NCBI RefSeq assembly: GCF_000012905.2
Contig: NC_007493.2
Coordinates: 2,580,001-2,612,000 of the forward strand
Length of the DNA stretch: 32,000 bases
Source of the DNA: Cereibacter sphaeroides 2.4.1
GTDB lineage: Bacteria; Pseudomonadota; Alphaproteobacteria; Rhodobacterales; Rhodobacteraceae
Reading direction: 5' to 3'
Shown one piece after another: positions 1 through 8,287 of the stretch. The first letter of the stretch is position 1. The number at the start of each line of letters is the position of its first letter. The notes beneath the pieces are model-generated. The model saw only the letters and a list, made by a program, of their open reading frames with translations. It did not search any database and was not told the origin of the DNA. The translations under genes were made by a program, and so were the position numbers.

Positions 1-696
1 ATCTCGATCGATTATGCGGTGATGGAGCGCGCGGAGAACCTGACCGTCGTGCCCTATGCGGGCGCCTGGTCGGATCTGGGCGACTGGCAGGCGGTCTGGC
101 GCGACGCGCCGCCGCAGGAGGGGGGCGTCGTGCTGAGCGGCCCCGCCACGGCGATCGACTGCCACGACAGCCTCCTGCAGGCGACGAACGCCGCGCAGCA
201 GCTGGTGGGGATCGGCCTCACCGACATCATCGCGGTGGCCATGCCCGATGCGGTGCTGGTGGCCCACAAGGACCGGGCGCAGGAGGTGAAGCGGGCGGTG
301 GCGGCGCTGAAGGCCAAGGGCGTGGAGCAGGCCGAGACGCTGCCGCGCGACTACCGGCCCTGGGGCTGGTACGAGAGCTTGGTGAAGGGGCCGCGCTTTC
401 AGGTCAAGCGCATCGTCGTGACGCCGGGCGCGACGCTCTCGCTGCAGAGCCATCACCACCGGGCCGAGCACTGGATCGTGGTGGAGGGCACGGCGAAGGT
501 CACCATCGACAATCAGGTGACGCTCGTGACCGAAAACCAGTCGGTCTATATCCCGCTCGGCGCGCGCCATCGGATGGAGAATCCGGGCAAGGTGCCGCTG
601 ACGCTGATCGAGGTGCAGACCGGCGCCTATCTCGGCGAGGACGACATCATCCGCTACGAGGATGTCTATGCCCGCGGACAGGGCGCGCGGGGATGA
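1..696 (+). CDS. manC: Mannose-1-phosphate guanylyltransferase / mannose-6-phosphate isomerase, C-terminal part (5' end lies outside the window)
   Basis: Frame 1 is open from base 1 (ISIDYAVMERAENLTVVPY...WSDLGDW...). The C-terminal cupin part (RPWGWYESL...HHHRAEHWIVVEG...YIPLGARHRMENPG) is typical of bifunctional ManC/XanB/AlgA. The stop overlaps the next gene's ATG (ATGA, 693-696). Confidence 0.9.
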   Translation: MSIDYAVMERAENLTVVPYAGAWSDLGDWQAVWRDAPPQEGGVVLSGPATAIDCHDSLLQATNAAQQLVGIGLTDIIAVAMPDAVLVAHKDRAQEVKRAVAALKAKGVEQAETLPRDYRPWGWYESLVKGPRFQVKRIVVTPGATLSLQSHHHRAEHWIVVEGTAKVTIDNQVTLVTENQSVYIPLGARHRMENPGKVPLTLIEVQTGAYLGEDDIIRYEDVYARGQGARG

Positions 697-2069
697 GCGC
701 GCTCGGCTGCTTCAAGGCCTACGACATCCGGGGGCGGCTGGGCGTCGATCTCGACGAGGGGATCGCCTACCGGATCGGGCGGGCCTTCGCCCGGGCGCTC
801 GACGCGCGGACGGTGGTGCTCGGCCGCGACATCCGCGCCTCGTCCGAGGCGCTGGCCGCGCGGGTGGCGGAGGGCCTCGGGGACGAGGGCTGCCGGGTGC
901 TGGATCTGGGTCTCTCGGGCACCGAGGAGATGTATGCGGCCACAAGCCACTTCGGGGCCGACGGCGGGATCTGTGTGACCGCCTCGCACAATCCCATGGA
1001 TTACAACGGGATGAAGATGGTGCGGCAGGGCTCGGCACCGCTCGATGCGGCGAGCGGGCTTGCGCGGATCCGGGAGCTGGCCGAGGCGGAGGATTTCGGC
1101 GCGGCCCGTCCGGGCGGGGCGGTCATGCCGGTGGCAGAGGAGGCGCGGCGGGCCTATGTGGAGCGCGTGCTGTCCTTCGTCGAGGTGGAGGCGCTGAAGC
1201 CCCTGAAGATCCTCGTCAATGCCGGCCACGGCGCGGCGGGGCCCACCTTCGACGCCATCGCGGCCCGTCTCGAGGCGCTGGGGGCGCCGCTCAGCTTCGA
1301 GCGGATGCACCATGCGCCCGACGGCACCTTCCCCGCCGGCATCCCGAACCCGCTCCTGCCCGAGAACCGGCCCGCCACCGCGGCGCGCGTGCGCGAGACC
1401 GGCGCCGATTTCGGCGTGGCCTGGGACGGCGACTTCGACCGCTGCTTCTTCTTCGACCACGAGGGCCGCTTCATCGACGGCGAATATGTGGTGGGCCTGC
1501 TTGCCGAGGCCTTTCTGGCGCGGCATCCGGGAGCGACCGTCATCCACGATCCCCGGATCATCTGGAACACGCAGGATGTGGTGGCCCGTGCCGGAGGGCG
1601 CGCCGTCCAGACCCGGACCGGCCACGCCTTCATCAAGCAGGCGATGCGCGACGAGGCGGCCCTTTATGGCGGCGAGATGTCGGCGCACCATTATTTCCGC
1701 GACTTCTACCATTGCGACAGCGGGATGATCCCCTGGCTGCTCGTGGCCGGGCTGGTGAGCCGCCACGGCCGCCTCGCGGATCTGGTGGCGGACCGCAGGG
1801 CGGCCTTTCCCTCGTCGGGCGAGCTCAATTTCGTGCTGGAGGATCCGGCGGCCGCGATGGCGCGGGTGCGGCAGGCCTTCGCGCCCGAGGCGCGGGCGGT
1901 GGACGAGATGGACGGGCTCGGCTTCGACCTCGGCTCATGGCGCTTCAACCTGCGGAGTTCGAACACCGAGCCCGTGGTGCGGCTGAATGTCGAGGCGAAG
2001 GGCAAGCCGGAGCTGGTGGCGCAGGGGGTCACGGCGGTGAAGGCGCTGCTTCTGCCGACGGGCGGCTGA
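693..2069 (+). CDS. manB: Phosphomannomutase / phosphoglucomutase
   Basis: 458-aa ORF with the active-site phosphoserine loop GICVTASHNPMDYNGMKM and the Mg-binding motif GVAWDGDFDRCFF. It is translationally coupled to manC. Confidence 0.92.
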   Translation: MSALGCFKAYDIRGRLGVDLDEGIAYRIGRAFARALDARTVVLGRDIRASSEALAARVAEGLGDEGCRVLDLGLSGTEEMYAATSHFGADGGICVTASHNPMDYNGMKMVRQGSAPLDAASGLARIRELAEAEDFGAARPGGAVMPVAEEARRAYVERVLSFVEVEALKPLKILVNAGHGAAGPTFDAIAARLEALGAPLSFERMHHAPDGTFPAGIPNPLLPENRPATAARVRETGADFGVAWDGDFDRCFFFDHEGRFIDGEYVVGLLAEAFLARHPGATVIHDPRIIWNTQDVVARAGGRAVQTRTGHAFIKQAMRDEAALYGGEMSAHHYFRDFYHCDSGMIPWLLVAGLVSRHGRLADLVADRRAAFPSSGELNFVLEDPAAAMARVRQAFAPEARAVDEMDGLGFDLGSWRFNLRSSNTEPVVRLNVEAKGKPELVAQGVTAVKALLLPTGG

Positions 2070-2314
2070 CGGTCCGCAGGGGCGGGTGCGTTGGGTGAAG
2101 GCGCCGGTTCTGCCCGGGGGCTGAGAGCGCTCCGTCGGGGCAGGTCCGCGGGGGTGCCCCCTTCGATGCGCGTCGGAAGCTCGTGGCTCTCCCGTTTCGG
2201 GCCGCGTTGCAGGGCACCGTGCGGTGCGGTTCGCGGATGGCAAACTCTGCAGGCCATCACCCTCTGACGAAGGCGCTGCCCTCTGGCGGCGCCGGGCCCA
2301 GCAGAGGACGTGCC

Positions 2315-4696
2315 ATGGCAATCGACCCCGACATCATCCCTCTTCTCGACGCGCAGGTGGCTCAGGTCGCCGCTCTCGAGGCGCGGCTTGCCGCCCATGT
2401 GAAGACCTCGGCGCAGCAGGACGCCGACCTCGCCGCCCGGATCGAGGGGGTGAAGGCGGATCTCCGCACGCTCGGGACGCAGGAGGGCGCGGCGAGCGCC
2501 GGGCTGCTCGTCCGGCTGTCGGCCCTCGAGGCGGCGCTGCCGGGCCTCGCCGACAGCAGCAGCCGTGGCGACACGGAGCTGTCTGCGCGTCTGGACACGC
2601 TCAGCGCGAGCTCGCGGTCGGGCGACAGCGCGCTCGGCCAGACGCTTACGGGGGTGCAGGCGGCGGTGAGCCGGATCGACACGGGCCTCACCGCCGCCCT
2701 CGGCCGCATCGACGCTCTGGAGGAGGCGAGCCCGCCCACGGCCGATCTGTTCGAGGACGGAACCGGCACGGCGCCGCGCGGCTGGACGCAGGTCTGGCAC
2801 GCGCTGAGCTGGATCGAGAAAGGCGGCTACCTTCAGGCGCAGCCCGCCAGCGGCGCCCGGACGCTTCTGGCCTGCGATGCGCTGAACGGGACCAGAGATC
2901 TCGAGATGCTGGCGCTTTTCACCTTCGCCGAGGCCGCAGGCTATGCGGGGCTCGCCCTGCGCGCCTCGGGCGCGGCCGGCGCCGAAACCGGCTACCGGGT
3001 GATGTTCTACACCAACCCCGCCGGCCCCTCGCTGCAGGTGGCGCGCTTCAGCGCGGGCGTGGCGACGGGCCTGTCGAACGTCGCCTTCGCGCGGGCGGCG
3101 GCGGGCGACTACTGGCTGCGCGTGCGGCTGGTCGGCGCCACGCTGTCGTGGAAGGCCTGGGCCAGGGGCGCGGCCGAGCCCGCCGACTGGACGGGCAGCC
3201 TCACCGATCCGACCCCGGTCACGAGCGCAGGCTGGGCCGGGATCTGCGCGAGCGGAGTGAATGTGGCCGTGACGGTGCGCTGCCAGCAGATCTCGTGGGC
3301 GGTGCTGCCGCGTCCGGCCGACACGACCACGGCCGAGACGCTTCCGTGGGATCTGCTGGGCACCCTGCCGCTGCCGGTCATCGCCTTCGACGACGAGGCG
3401 GCGCGCACGGTGCATGTGCCTCCGGGCCAGCGCTATGCCCATGTGAAGGTCACGGCAGACCAGCCGATTCGCATGACCGCCATCGGGCGCCCCTCGGTCA
3501 GCAACGTGAACGGCGGCGGGATGAATGTGGGCGGCGACCAGGCGCTGTGGGTGGGGGACTATTGGGCGGTCTGGCGCCCCGGCGACGACCGCGAGATGTG
3601 GCTGACCGTCGACATGCAATACGGGCGGGCGGCGGGCAACCGGGTGGCCTTCTCGCTCGCGACGGACATGGGCGGCTGGCGCAGCGCCTCGCCGGTCACG
3701 GGCTTCATCGAGATCCGGGAGGGCGCGGTCAATGCGCTGCCCGCGACCCTGCCCCGGCACCGCGCGCCGATGCGGCTGACCATCACGGGCAGCCCCAAGG
3801 CGAGCCTCGATCCGGCCACCGCCCAATGGTCGGACACGGGGTTTGCGGGCAATGCGGCCACGGGCACGCCCTGCTGGCGCGCGCGCCTCGCCCATGGCTA
3901 CACCCAGGACGGCAACGGCGAGGTCGGCCTCTACATGAACGCGGACGTCTGGCCCACGCAGTCGGCCGCGCCCCATGCCCGCGTCACCGACCGTCAGGGC
4001 CGCAAGGCGATCCGTCTGCGTTCCTGCCGGCTGCCCGCGCCCGTGACCCTCTCGGCAGAGGGGGGCGACCGGATCTTCTACCATCAGGCCTCGGCCCTCA
4101 TCGCGCAGAACCTGCCCGAGTGGCGCGGCAAGACCGGTGTCTGGACCGCCCGCTGCATGACCGCGAACCGTCTCTATTCCTGGCCCGCCTTCTGGCTGCT
4201 GGCGGACGGATGGCCGCCCGAACTCGACATCTTCGAGCATTTCAACGGGATCTACGGCAGCTGGCCCGACGGCGGCTGGTCGACCTGCACCGGCCATTCC
4301 GGCCCCTATGGCGGGCTCGACGTCAAGACCCGCACGCCGCTGAAGTTCGACCTGCGCAAGCTGGGCTTCGCGAGCTTCGATGCCTATTCCCAGATCCATG
4401 ACTATGCGGCCTATGTGGATCGCGACTGGATCTATGCTTTCGTCGACGGGATCGAGGTCTATTGCACGCCGAACATCGCCCGTCATCAGGACTGGGATGC
4501 GGCCTGGTCGCTCTATCCGATGTTCGATGTGGCGGCGAAGTTCGCCAACCCCTCGACCTATGCCTATGCCGACGGATCGGGCGACATGCATGTCTATGGC
4601 GCGGCCCATTATGCGACCTCGGCCGTGGCGCTGGTGCCCTGCACCGATGCCCGGCCTTGGCCCAACGGCCGGCAGCTGCCCGATCCGACCTTCTGA
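2315..4696 (+). CDS. Large multidomain protein: N-terminal Ala/Leu-rich coiled-coil-like region, central region of unknown fold, C-terminal glycoside hydrolase family 16-like domain
   Basis: The ORF is open from 2183, but ATG 2315 is preceded by GAGGA (2305-2309) and the residues before it are Arg/Gly-rich. The C-terminal part has YSWPAFWLLADGWPPELDIFEHF, which matches the GH16 WPAxW ... ExDxxE catalytic signature. No N-terminal signal peptide is visible. Confidence 0.75.
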   Translation: MAIDPDIIPLLDAQVAQVAALEARLAAHVKTSAQQDADLAARIEGVKADLRTLGTQEGAASAGLLVRLSALEAALPGLADSSSRGDTELSARLDTLSASSRSGDSALGQTLTGVQAAVSRIDTGLTAALGRIDALEEASPPTADLFEDGTGTAPRGWTQVWHALSWIEKGGYLQAQPASGARTLLACDALNGTRDLEMLALFTFAEAAGYAGLALRASGAAGAETGYRVMFYTNPAGPSLQVARFSAGVATGLSNVAFARAAAGDYWLRVRLVGATLSWKAWARGAAEPADWTGSLTDPTPVTSAGWAGICASGVNVAVTVRCQQISWAVLPRPADTTTAETLPWDLLGTLPLPVIAFDDEAARTVHVPPGQRYAHVKVTADQPIRMTAIGRPSVSNVNGGGMNVGGDQALWVGDYWAVWRPGDDREMWLTVDMQYGRAAGNRVAFSLATDMGGWRSASPVTGFIEIREGAVNALPATLPRHRAPMRLTITGSPKASLDPATAQWSDTGFAGNAATGTPCWRARLAHGYTQDGNGEVGLYMNADVWPTQSAAPHARVTDRQGRKAIRLRSCRLPAPVTLSAEGGDRIFYHQASALIAQNLPEWRGKTGVWTARCMTANRLYSWPAFWLLADGWPPELDIFEHFNGIYGSWPDGGWSTCTGHSGPYGGLDVKTRTPLKFDLRKLGFASFDAYSQIHDYAAYVDRDWIYAFVDGIEVYCTPNIARHQDWDAAWSLYPMFDVAAKFANPSTYAYADGSGDMHVYGAAHYATSAVALVPCTDARPWPNGRQLPDPTF

Positions 4697-4712
4697 GCGT
4701 CTAGGCCTCTGG

Positions 4713-4770
4713 GACGGCCGCCCTTTGCGAGAGGGCGGCCGTCGTCTTGCGGAGGAGCGCCTTCCGCAAG
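4713..4770 (+). terminator. Two tandem GC-rich hairpins after the GH16-like gene
   Basis: GACGGCCGCCCT-7nt-AGGGCGGCCGTC (4713-4743) followed by GTCTTG. A second stem, CTTGCGGA-9nt-TCCGCAAG, lies at 4746-4770. The U-tail is poor. Confidence 0.5.
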
Positions 4771-4855
4771 GCCGCGGGCGAAAGGGCGCCCCGCGCCATT
4801 TCCAAGGCCGGACTGCTCGACTAGGGTGCCCCCGACGCGAAACGGGACGGACAGG

Positions 4856-6034
4856 ATGGATGCTCTGGTGATCGGCGGCGGCCCGGCCGGCCTGATGGCG
4901 GCCGAAGAGCTGGCGCGCGCGGGCCTCCGCACCGTGATCTGCGAGACGAAGCCCAGCGTCGGGCGCAAGCTGCTGATGGCCGGCAAGTCCGGCCTCAACA
5001 TCACCAAAGACGAGGCGCCGGAGCCGTTCCTTGCCCGCTATGCCGAGGCCGCGGACTGGCTCGCGCCGATGATCGGCAGCTTCGGCCCCCGGGAGGTGCA
5101 GGACTGGTGCCGGGCGCTGGGCCAGCCGGTCTTCACCGGCTCGTCCGGCCGGGTCTTTCCGCAGGCGATGAAGGCCTCGCCGCTGCTGCGCGCCTGGCTT
5201 GCGCGGCTGGCGGGGCTCGGGGTCGAGATCCGCACCCGCTGGCGGTGGGAGGGCTTCGGCGCGGGCTTCCGCTTCGCCACGCCCGAGGGCGGGATCGAGC
5301 TTGCGCCGCAGGTCACGGTGCTGGCGCTGGGCGGGGCGAGCTGGTCGCGGCTCGGTTCGGACGGCGCCTGGGCCCCGTGGCTCGCGGCCCGAGGGGTGGA
5401 GATCGCCCCCTTCCGGCCCGCCAACATCGGCTTCCGCATCGACTGGACGCCGCATATGGCGCGCCATTTCGGCACGCCGGTCAAGGGCGTGGCGCTGCTC
5501 GTGGGAGAGCGGCGCGAGCGGGGCGAGTTCGTTCTGTCCGAGCGGGGTCTCGAGGGCGGCGGGATCTATGCCGTCTCGCGCGCGCTGCGCGAGGGCGCGG
5601 GGCTCGCGCTCGATCTGCTGCCGGATCTGTCCGAGGAGGAGGTGGCGGCGCGGCTTTCCCGCGGGAAGCCGGGCGAGAGCCTCGCCAACCGGCTGCGCAA
5701 GCTGGGGCTGTCTCCGGCGCTGGTGGCGCTGGTGCAGGAATTCGCCCGGCCCCTGCCCGCGGGGGCGGCGCTGGCCTGCCGGCTGAAGGCGCTGCCGGTG
5801 CCGCTGGCCGGGCCGAGGCCGCTCGACGAGGCGATCTCGACCGCCGGGGGCATCGCCCGCGCCGCGCTGACGGAGGATCTCGAACTGAAGGCGCTGCCCG
5901 GCGTCTTCGCCTGCGGCGAGATGCTGGACTGGGAGGCGCCGACGGGCGGCTACCTCCTCACCGGCTGCCTCGCGACCGGCCGCCATGCCGGCCGCGCGGC
6001 GGCCCGTGTCACAGGCCCGGCGCGACCGCGCTGA
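4856..6034 (+). CDS. HI0933/YhiN-like NAD(P)/FAD-dependent flavoprotein
   Basis: MDALVIGGGPAGLMAAEELARAGLRTVICE is a Rossmann GxGxxG motif. KLLMAGKSGLNIT and the C-terminal GEMLDWEAPTGGYLL are typical of this family. ATG 4856 is preferred over the upstream GTG 4826. Confidence 0.8.
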   Translation: MDALVIGGGPAGLMAAEELARAGLRTVICETKPSVGRKLLMAGKSGLNITKDEAPEPFLARYAEAADWLAPMIGSFGPREVQDWCRALGQPVFTGSSGRVFPQAMKASPLLRAWLARLAGLGVEIRTRWRWEGFGAGFRFATPEGGIELAPQVTVLALGGASWSRLGSDGAWAPWLAARGVEIAPFRPANIGFRIDWTPHMARHFGTPVKGVALLVGERRERGEFVLSERGLEGGGIYAVSRALREGAGLALDLLPDLSEEEVAARLSRGKPGESLANRLRKLGLSPALVALVQEFARPLPAGAALACRLKALPVPLAGPRPLDEAISTAGGIARAALTEDLELKALPGVFACGEMLDWEAPTGGYLLTGCLATGRHAGRAAARVTGPARPR

Positions 6035-6704
6035 GCGAGCGGCGGCTGAACATCGCCCCGCGGCCGAAGTCGAAGCGGGCGCCGATCCCGACATAGGGCT
6101 CGGTCCCGTCGAGGCCCAGATCGTCGGCATTCACGCCGCCGATCTCGGCCGTCAGCGCCAGCCCGTTCGGCAGCGTATAGTCACCCGTCAGGCCGAAGCG
6201 GGTCGTGTCGAGCCCCTCGACATCGAGATGGTTCACCTTGCCGCCGACGCCGAAGCCGTTGGCCATCAGCACCCGCCCCTCGAGGCCCATCATCGAGCCG
6301 GTCAGGCCGGAATTGTCGGCGCGCCCGACATAGGCCTCGACGTCGAACAGGTCGCTCTTCTGGCCCACTTCGAAACCGTAGAAATCGACGCTGTCGCCGG
6401 CCAGATCCTCGATGCCGTAGAAGGCGCCGATGGCAGTCTCGGGGTTCACATAGACCATGCCGTGCAGCGCGGCGGCGGTCGCATTCTCATGCACGCCGTG
6501 CAGGCGGCTGTAGCCGAGATCGCCCTGCAGCGCGAAGCTGGTGCCGAAGCCGAATTCGGCGCTGCCGCCGAGGCTGGTCTTCGAGATGTCGCTGTCTTCG
6601 GTGAAGAAGGAATGGCCGAAATCGAGGGTCGCACCCGTCATCTGCGCTGCCGCCGGCGATGCCGAAAGCGCCGCCACGAGGGCGAGCAGGGAAAGCCTGT
6701 TCAT
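6009..6704 (-). CDS. Small outer-membrane beta-barrel protein (OmpW/porin-like) with signal peptide
   Basis: ATG 6704 is preceded by GGAGCAGA. The signal peptide is MNRLSLLALVAALSASPAAA/Q. Alternating aromatic/Gly beta-strand patterns lead to a canonical barrel terminus ...GIGARFDF, followed by an 18-aa tail. Confidence 0.75.
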   Translation of the reverse strand: MNRLSLLALVAALSASPAAAQMTGATLDFGHSFFTEDSDISKTSLGGSAEFGFGTSFALQGDLGYSRLHGVHENATAAALHGMVYVNPETAIGAFYGIEDLAGDSVDFYGFEVGQKSDLFDVEAYVGRADNSGLTGSMMGLEGRVLMANGFGVGGKVNHLDVEGLDTTRFGLTGDYTLPNGLALTAEIGGVNADDLGLDGTEPYVGIGARFDFGRGAMFSRRSLSAVAPGL

Positions 6705-6809
6705 TGTCTGCTCCGCGTTTCTTGTTTTGCTTCCACAGCATGTAGCATGTTCCGAAACCGGATTCACCCCCGGTAGAGGGCGGCGCAGCGAAGCGGCCGA
6801 AATCAGCCG

Positions 6810-7802
6810 TCAGCGCACCGTGCAGAGCCTTATGAGGGCGCGCTCCATCACCGCCATGGCGGGCGCGCGGCTCGCCGAGCGCAGCGTGAGGTCGGTCTCG
6901 ACCAGAAGCGCCATCGCCTCCTCGAGCCGGTTCACGCCCCACTGCCGCGCCTGCCGCTGCATCCGTTCCTGCCGGGGGTTGAAGCCGCCGCGGCCGGGGT
7001 CCGCGCCCGCGGCCAGACGGTGCAGGCTGCGGAAGTGGCGCATCGCGCCGATGCAGAGGGCGACCGCCGTCACGCCCTGCGCCTCGAGCCTGCGGACGAG
7101 GGGCGAGACCTCGGTCCGGCGGCCCTCGGCCACGGCATGGATCACCTCGTCGACCCCGGCCTCGATCGAGACGGGCGCCATCTCGGCCACGTCGGCGGCC
7201 GAGAGCGGCGCGGGATCGCCGAGCTTGTAGAGCGCGAGCTTCTCGACCGTCTGGCGGACGTCGCCCGGATCGAGATCGCGGGCCAGCGCCGTGAGCCCGG
7301 CCATCGCCTGCGGCTCGATCTGCCCGAGACCCGCCTGCCGCAGCATCGTATCGACCTCCTCGCGCGTCGGCGGATCGTCGTAGAGACCGATGCAGACGGC
7401 GCTGGGATGAGCCTCGAAAAGTTTTTTCAGAGAGGAGCGGCCGGTGAGGCCGCCGGCGGTCACCACCACCTGCGCATCGCCGGGGCGCCATTCCTTCAGC
7501 ACATCGCCGATCAGGGCGGTAAGCCCGTCCGCAGCCTCTTCGACCAGCACGGCGCGCGGGCCTTCGAAAAAGCCTTTCGCCGTCATGGCATCCATCAGTG
7601 CCGCAGGATCGCGCCGGAGGTCGGAGGCCGGCAGGCGCGTGAGCCGCATCTCGGCCGCGCCCTCGGGACCGATCAGGCCCAGCACCGCTTCCTGCCGCTT
7701 CAGCGCCACGCGCATCGAATCCTGCCCGAAGATCAGCAGGCCGGCGCGCGAGGGATCGGGCTTCGCCAGATAGCGCACGGCCTCGGCGCCGCGCAGGATC
7801 AT
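6810..7802 (-). CDS. holA: DNA polymerase III delta subunit
   Basis: 330-aa ORF with the N-terminal pattern typical of HolA (RGAEAVRYLAKPDPSRAGLLIFGQD). ATGA overlap with lptE, in the conserved leuS-lptE-holA order. Confidence 0.85.
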   Translation of the reverse strand: MILRGAEAVRYLAKPDPSRAGLLIFGQDSMRVALKRQEAVLGLIGPEGAAEMRLTRLPASDLRRDPAALMDAMTAKGFFEGPRAVLVEEAADGLTALIGDVLKEWRPGDAQVVVTAGGLTGRSSLKKLFEAHPSAVCIGLYDDPPTREEVDTMLRQAGLGQIEPQAMAGLTALARDLDPGDVRQTVEKLALYKLGDPAPLSAADVAEMAPVSIEAGVDEVIHAVAEGRRTEVSPLVRRLEAQGVTAVALCIGAMRHFRSLHRLAAGADPGRGGFNPRQERMQRQARQWGVNRLEEAMALLVETDLTLRSASRAPAMAVMERALIRLCTVR

Positions 7803-8287
7803 GCCAGCCAGCGCCCGGAGGTGGCGATCAGCTGCGTCACGATCTGGTCGGCGAGGATGCGCATCAGGCGGTAGTTCGCATCCTCCTCGGCAACGAGCGC
7901 CGCCACGGTCGAGCCCGTGGCCGACCAGGAGGTGAAGTTGGTGACCGTTCCGCTCTCGACCACCTCGCCCGTCGCGCGGCTCGTGACGGTGAAGGCGATG
8001 CGTCCCGTCAGATTGTAGCGGGTGATCGAGTTGGCGGTGGTGATGCCCACGCTGTCGATACTGGTCGAGATCCGGTAGGCGAGGTCGAAGCGCGGCGCCT
8101 CGGGACGGCCGATCCGCTCTTCCAGCCGTTCGACGAGGTCGAAGCCGTTCTTGTCGACCGGATCCGCCACGCGGATCGCGCCCTGCAGCGTCTCGGCCGG
8201 GCCGCCCGGCCCGTAGGCCGGACGGAAACCGCAGCCGGCCAGGGCCAGGGCTGCGAAGAGGAAGGTGCGGCGGTCAGATGACGACAT
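7799..8287 (-). CDS. lptE: LPS-assembly lipoprotein LptE
   Basis: The internal ATG at 8287 gives [19 protein letters not shown] with a lipobox (LAGC). It overlaps the leuS 3' end by 14 nt and sits between leuS and holA as in most proteobacteria. Confidence 0.8.
   Translation of the reverse strand: MSSSDRRTFLFAALALAGCGFRPAYGPGGPAETLQGAIRVADPVDKNGFDLVERLEERIGRPEAPRFDLAYRISTSIDSVGITTANSITRYNLTGRIAFTVTSRATGEVVESGTVTNFTSWSATGSTVAALVAEEDANYRLMRILADQIVTQLIATSGRWLA

Noticed and set aside
1706-6130. 1474-aa ORF on the - strand, the longest in the track
   Set aside because: The product is Arg/Pro/Gly/Ala-rich low-complexity with no motif. It runs antisense across four + strand genes that have clear family signatures (manB, the GH16 protein, the flavoprotein). 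This is a typical stop-codon-poor shadow ORF of a high-GC genome.
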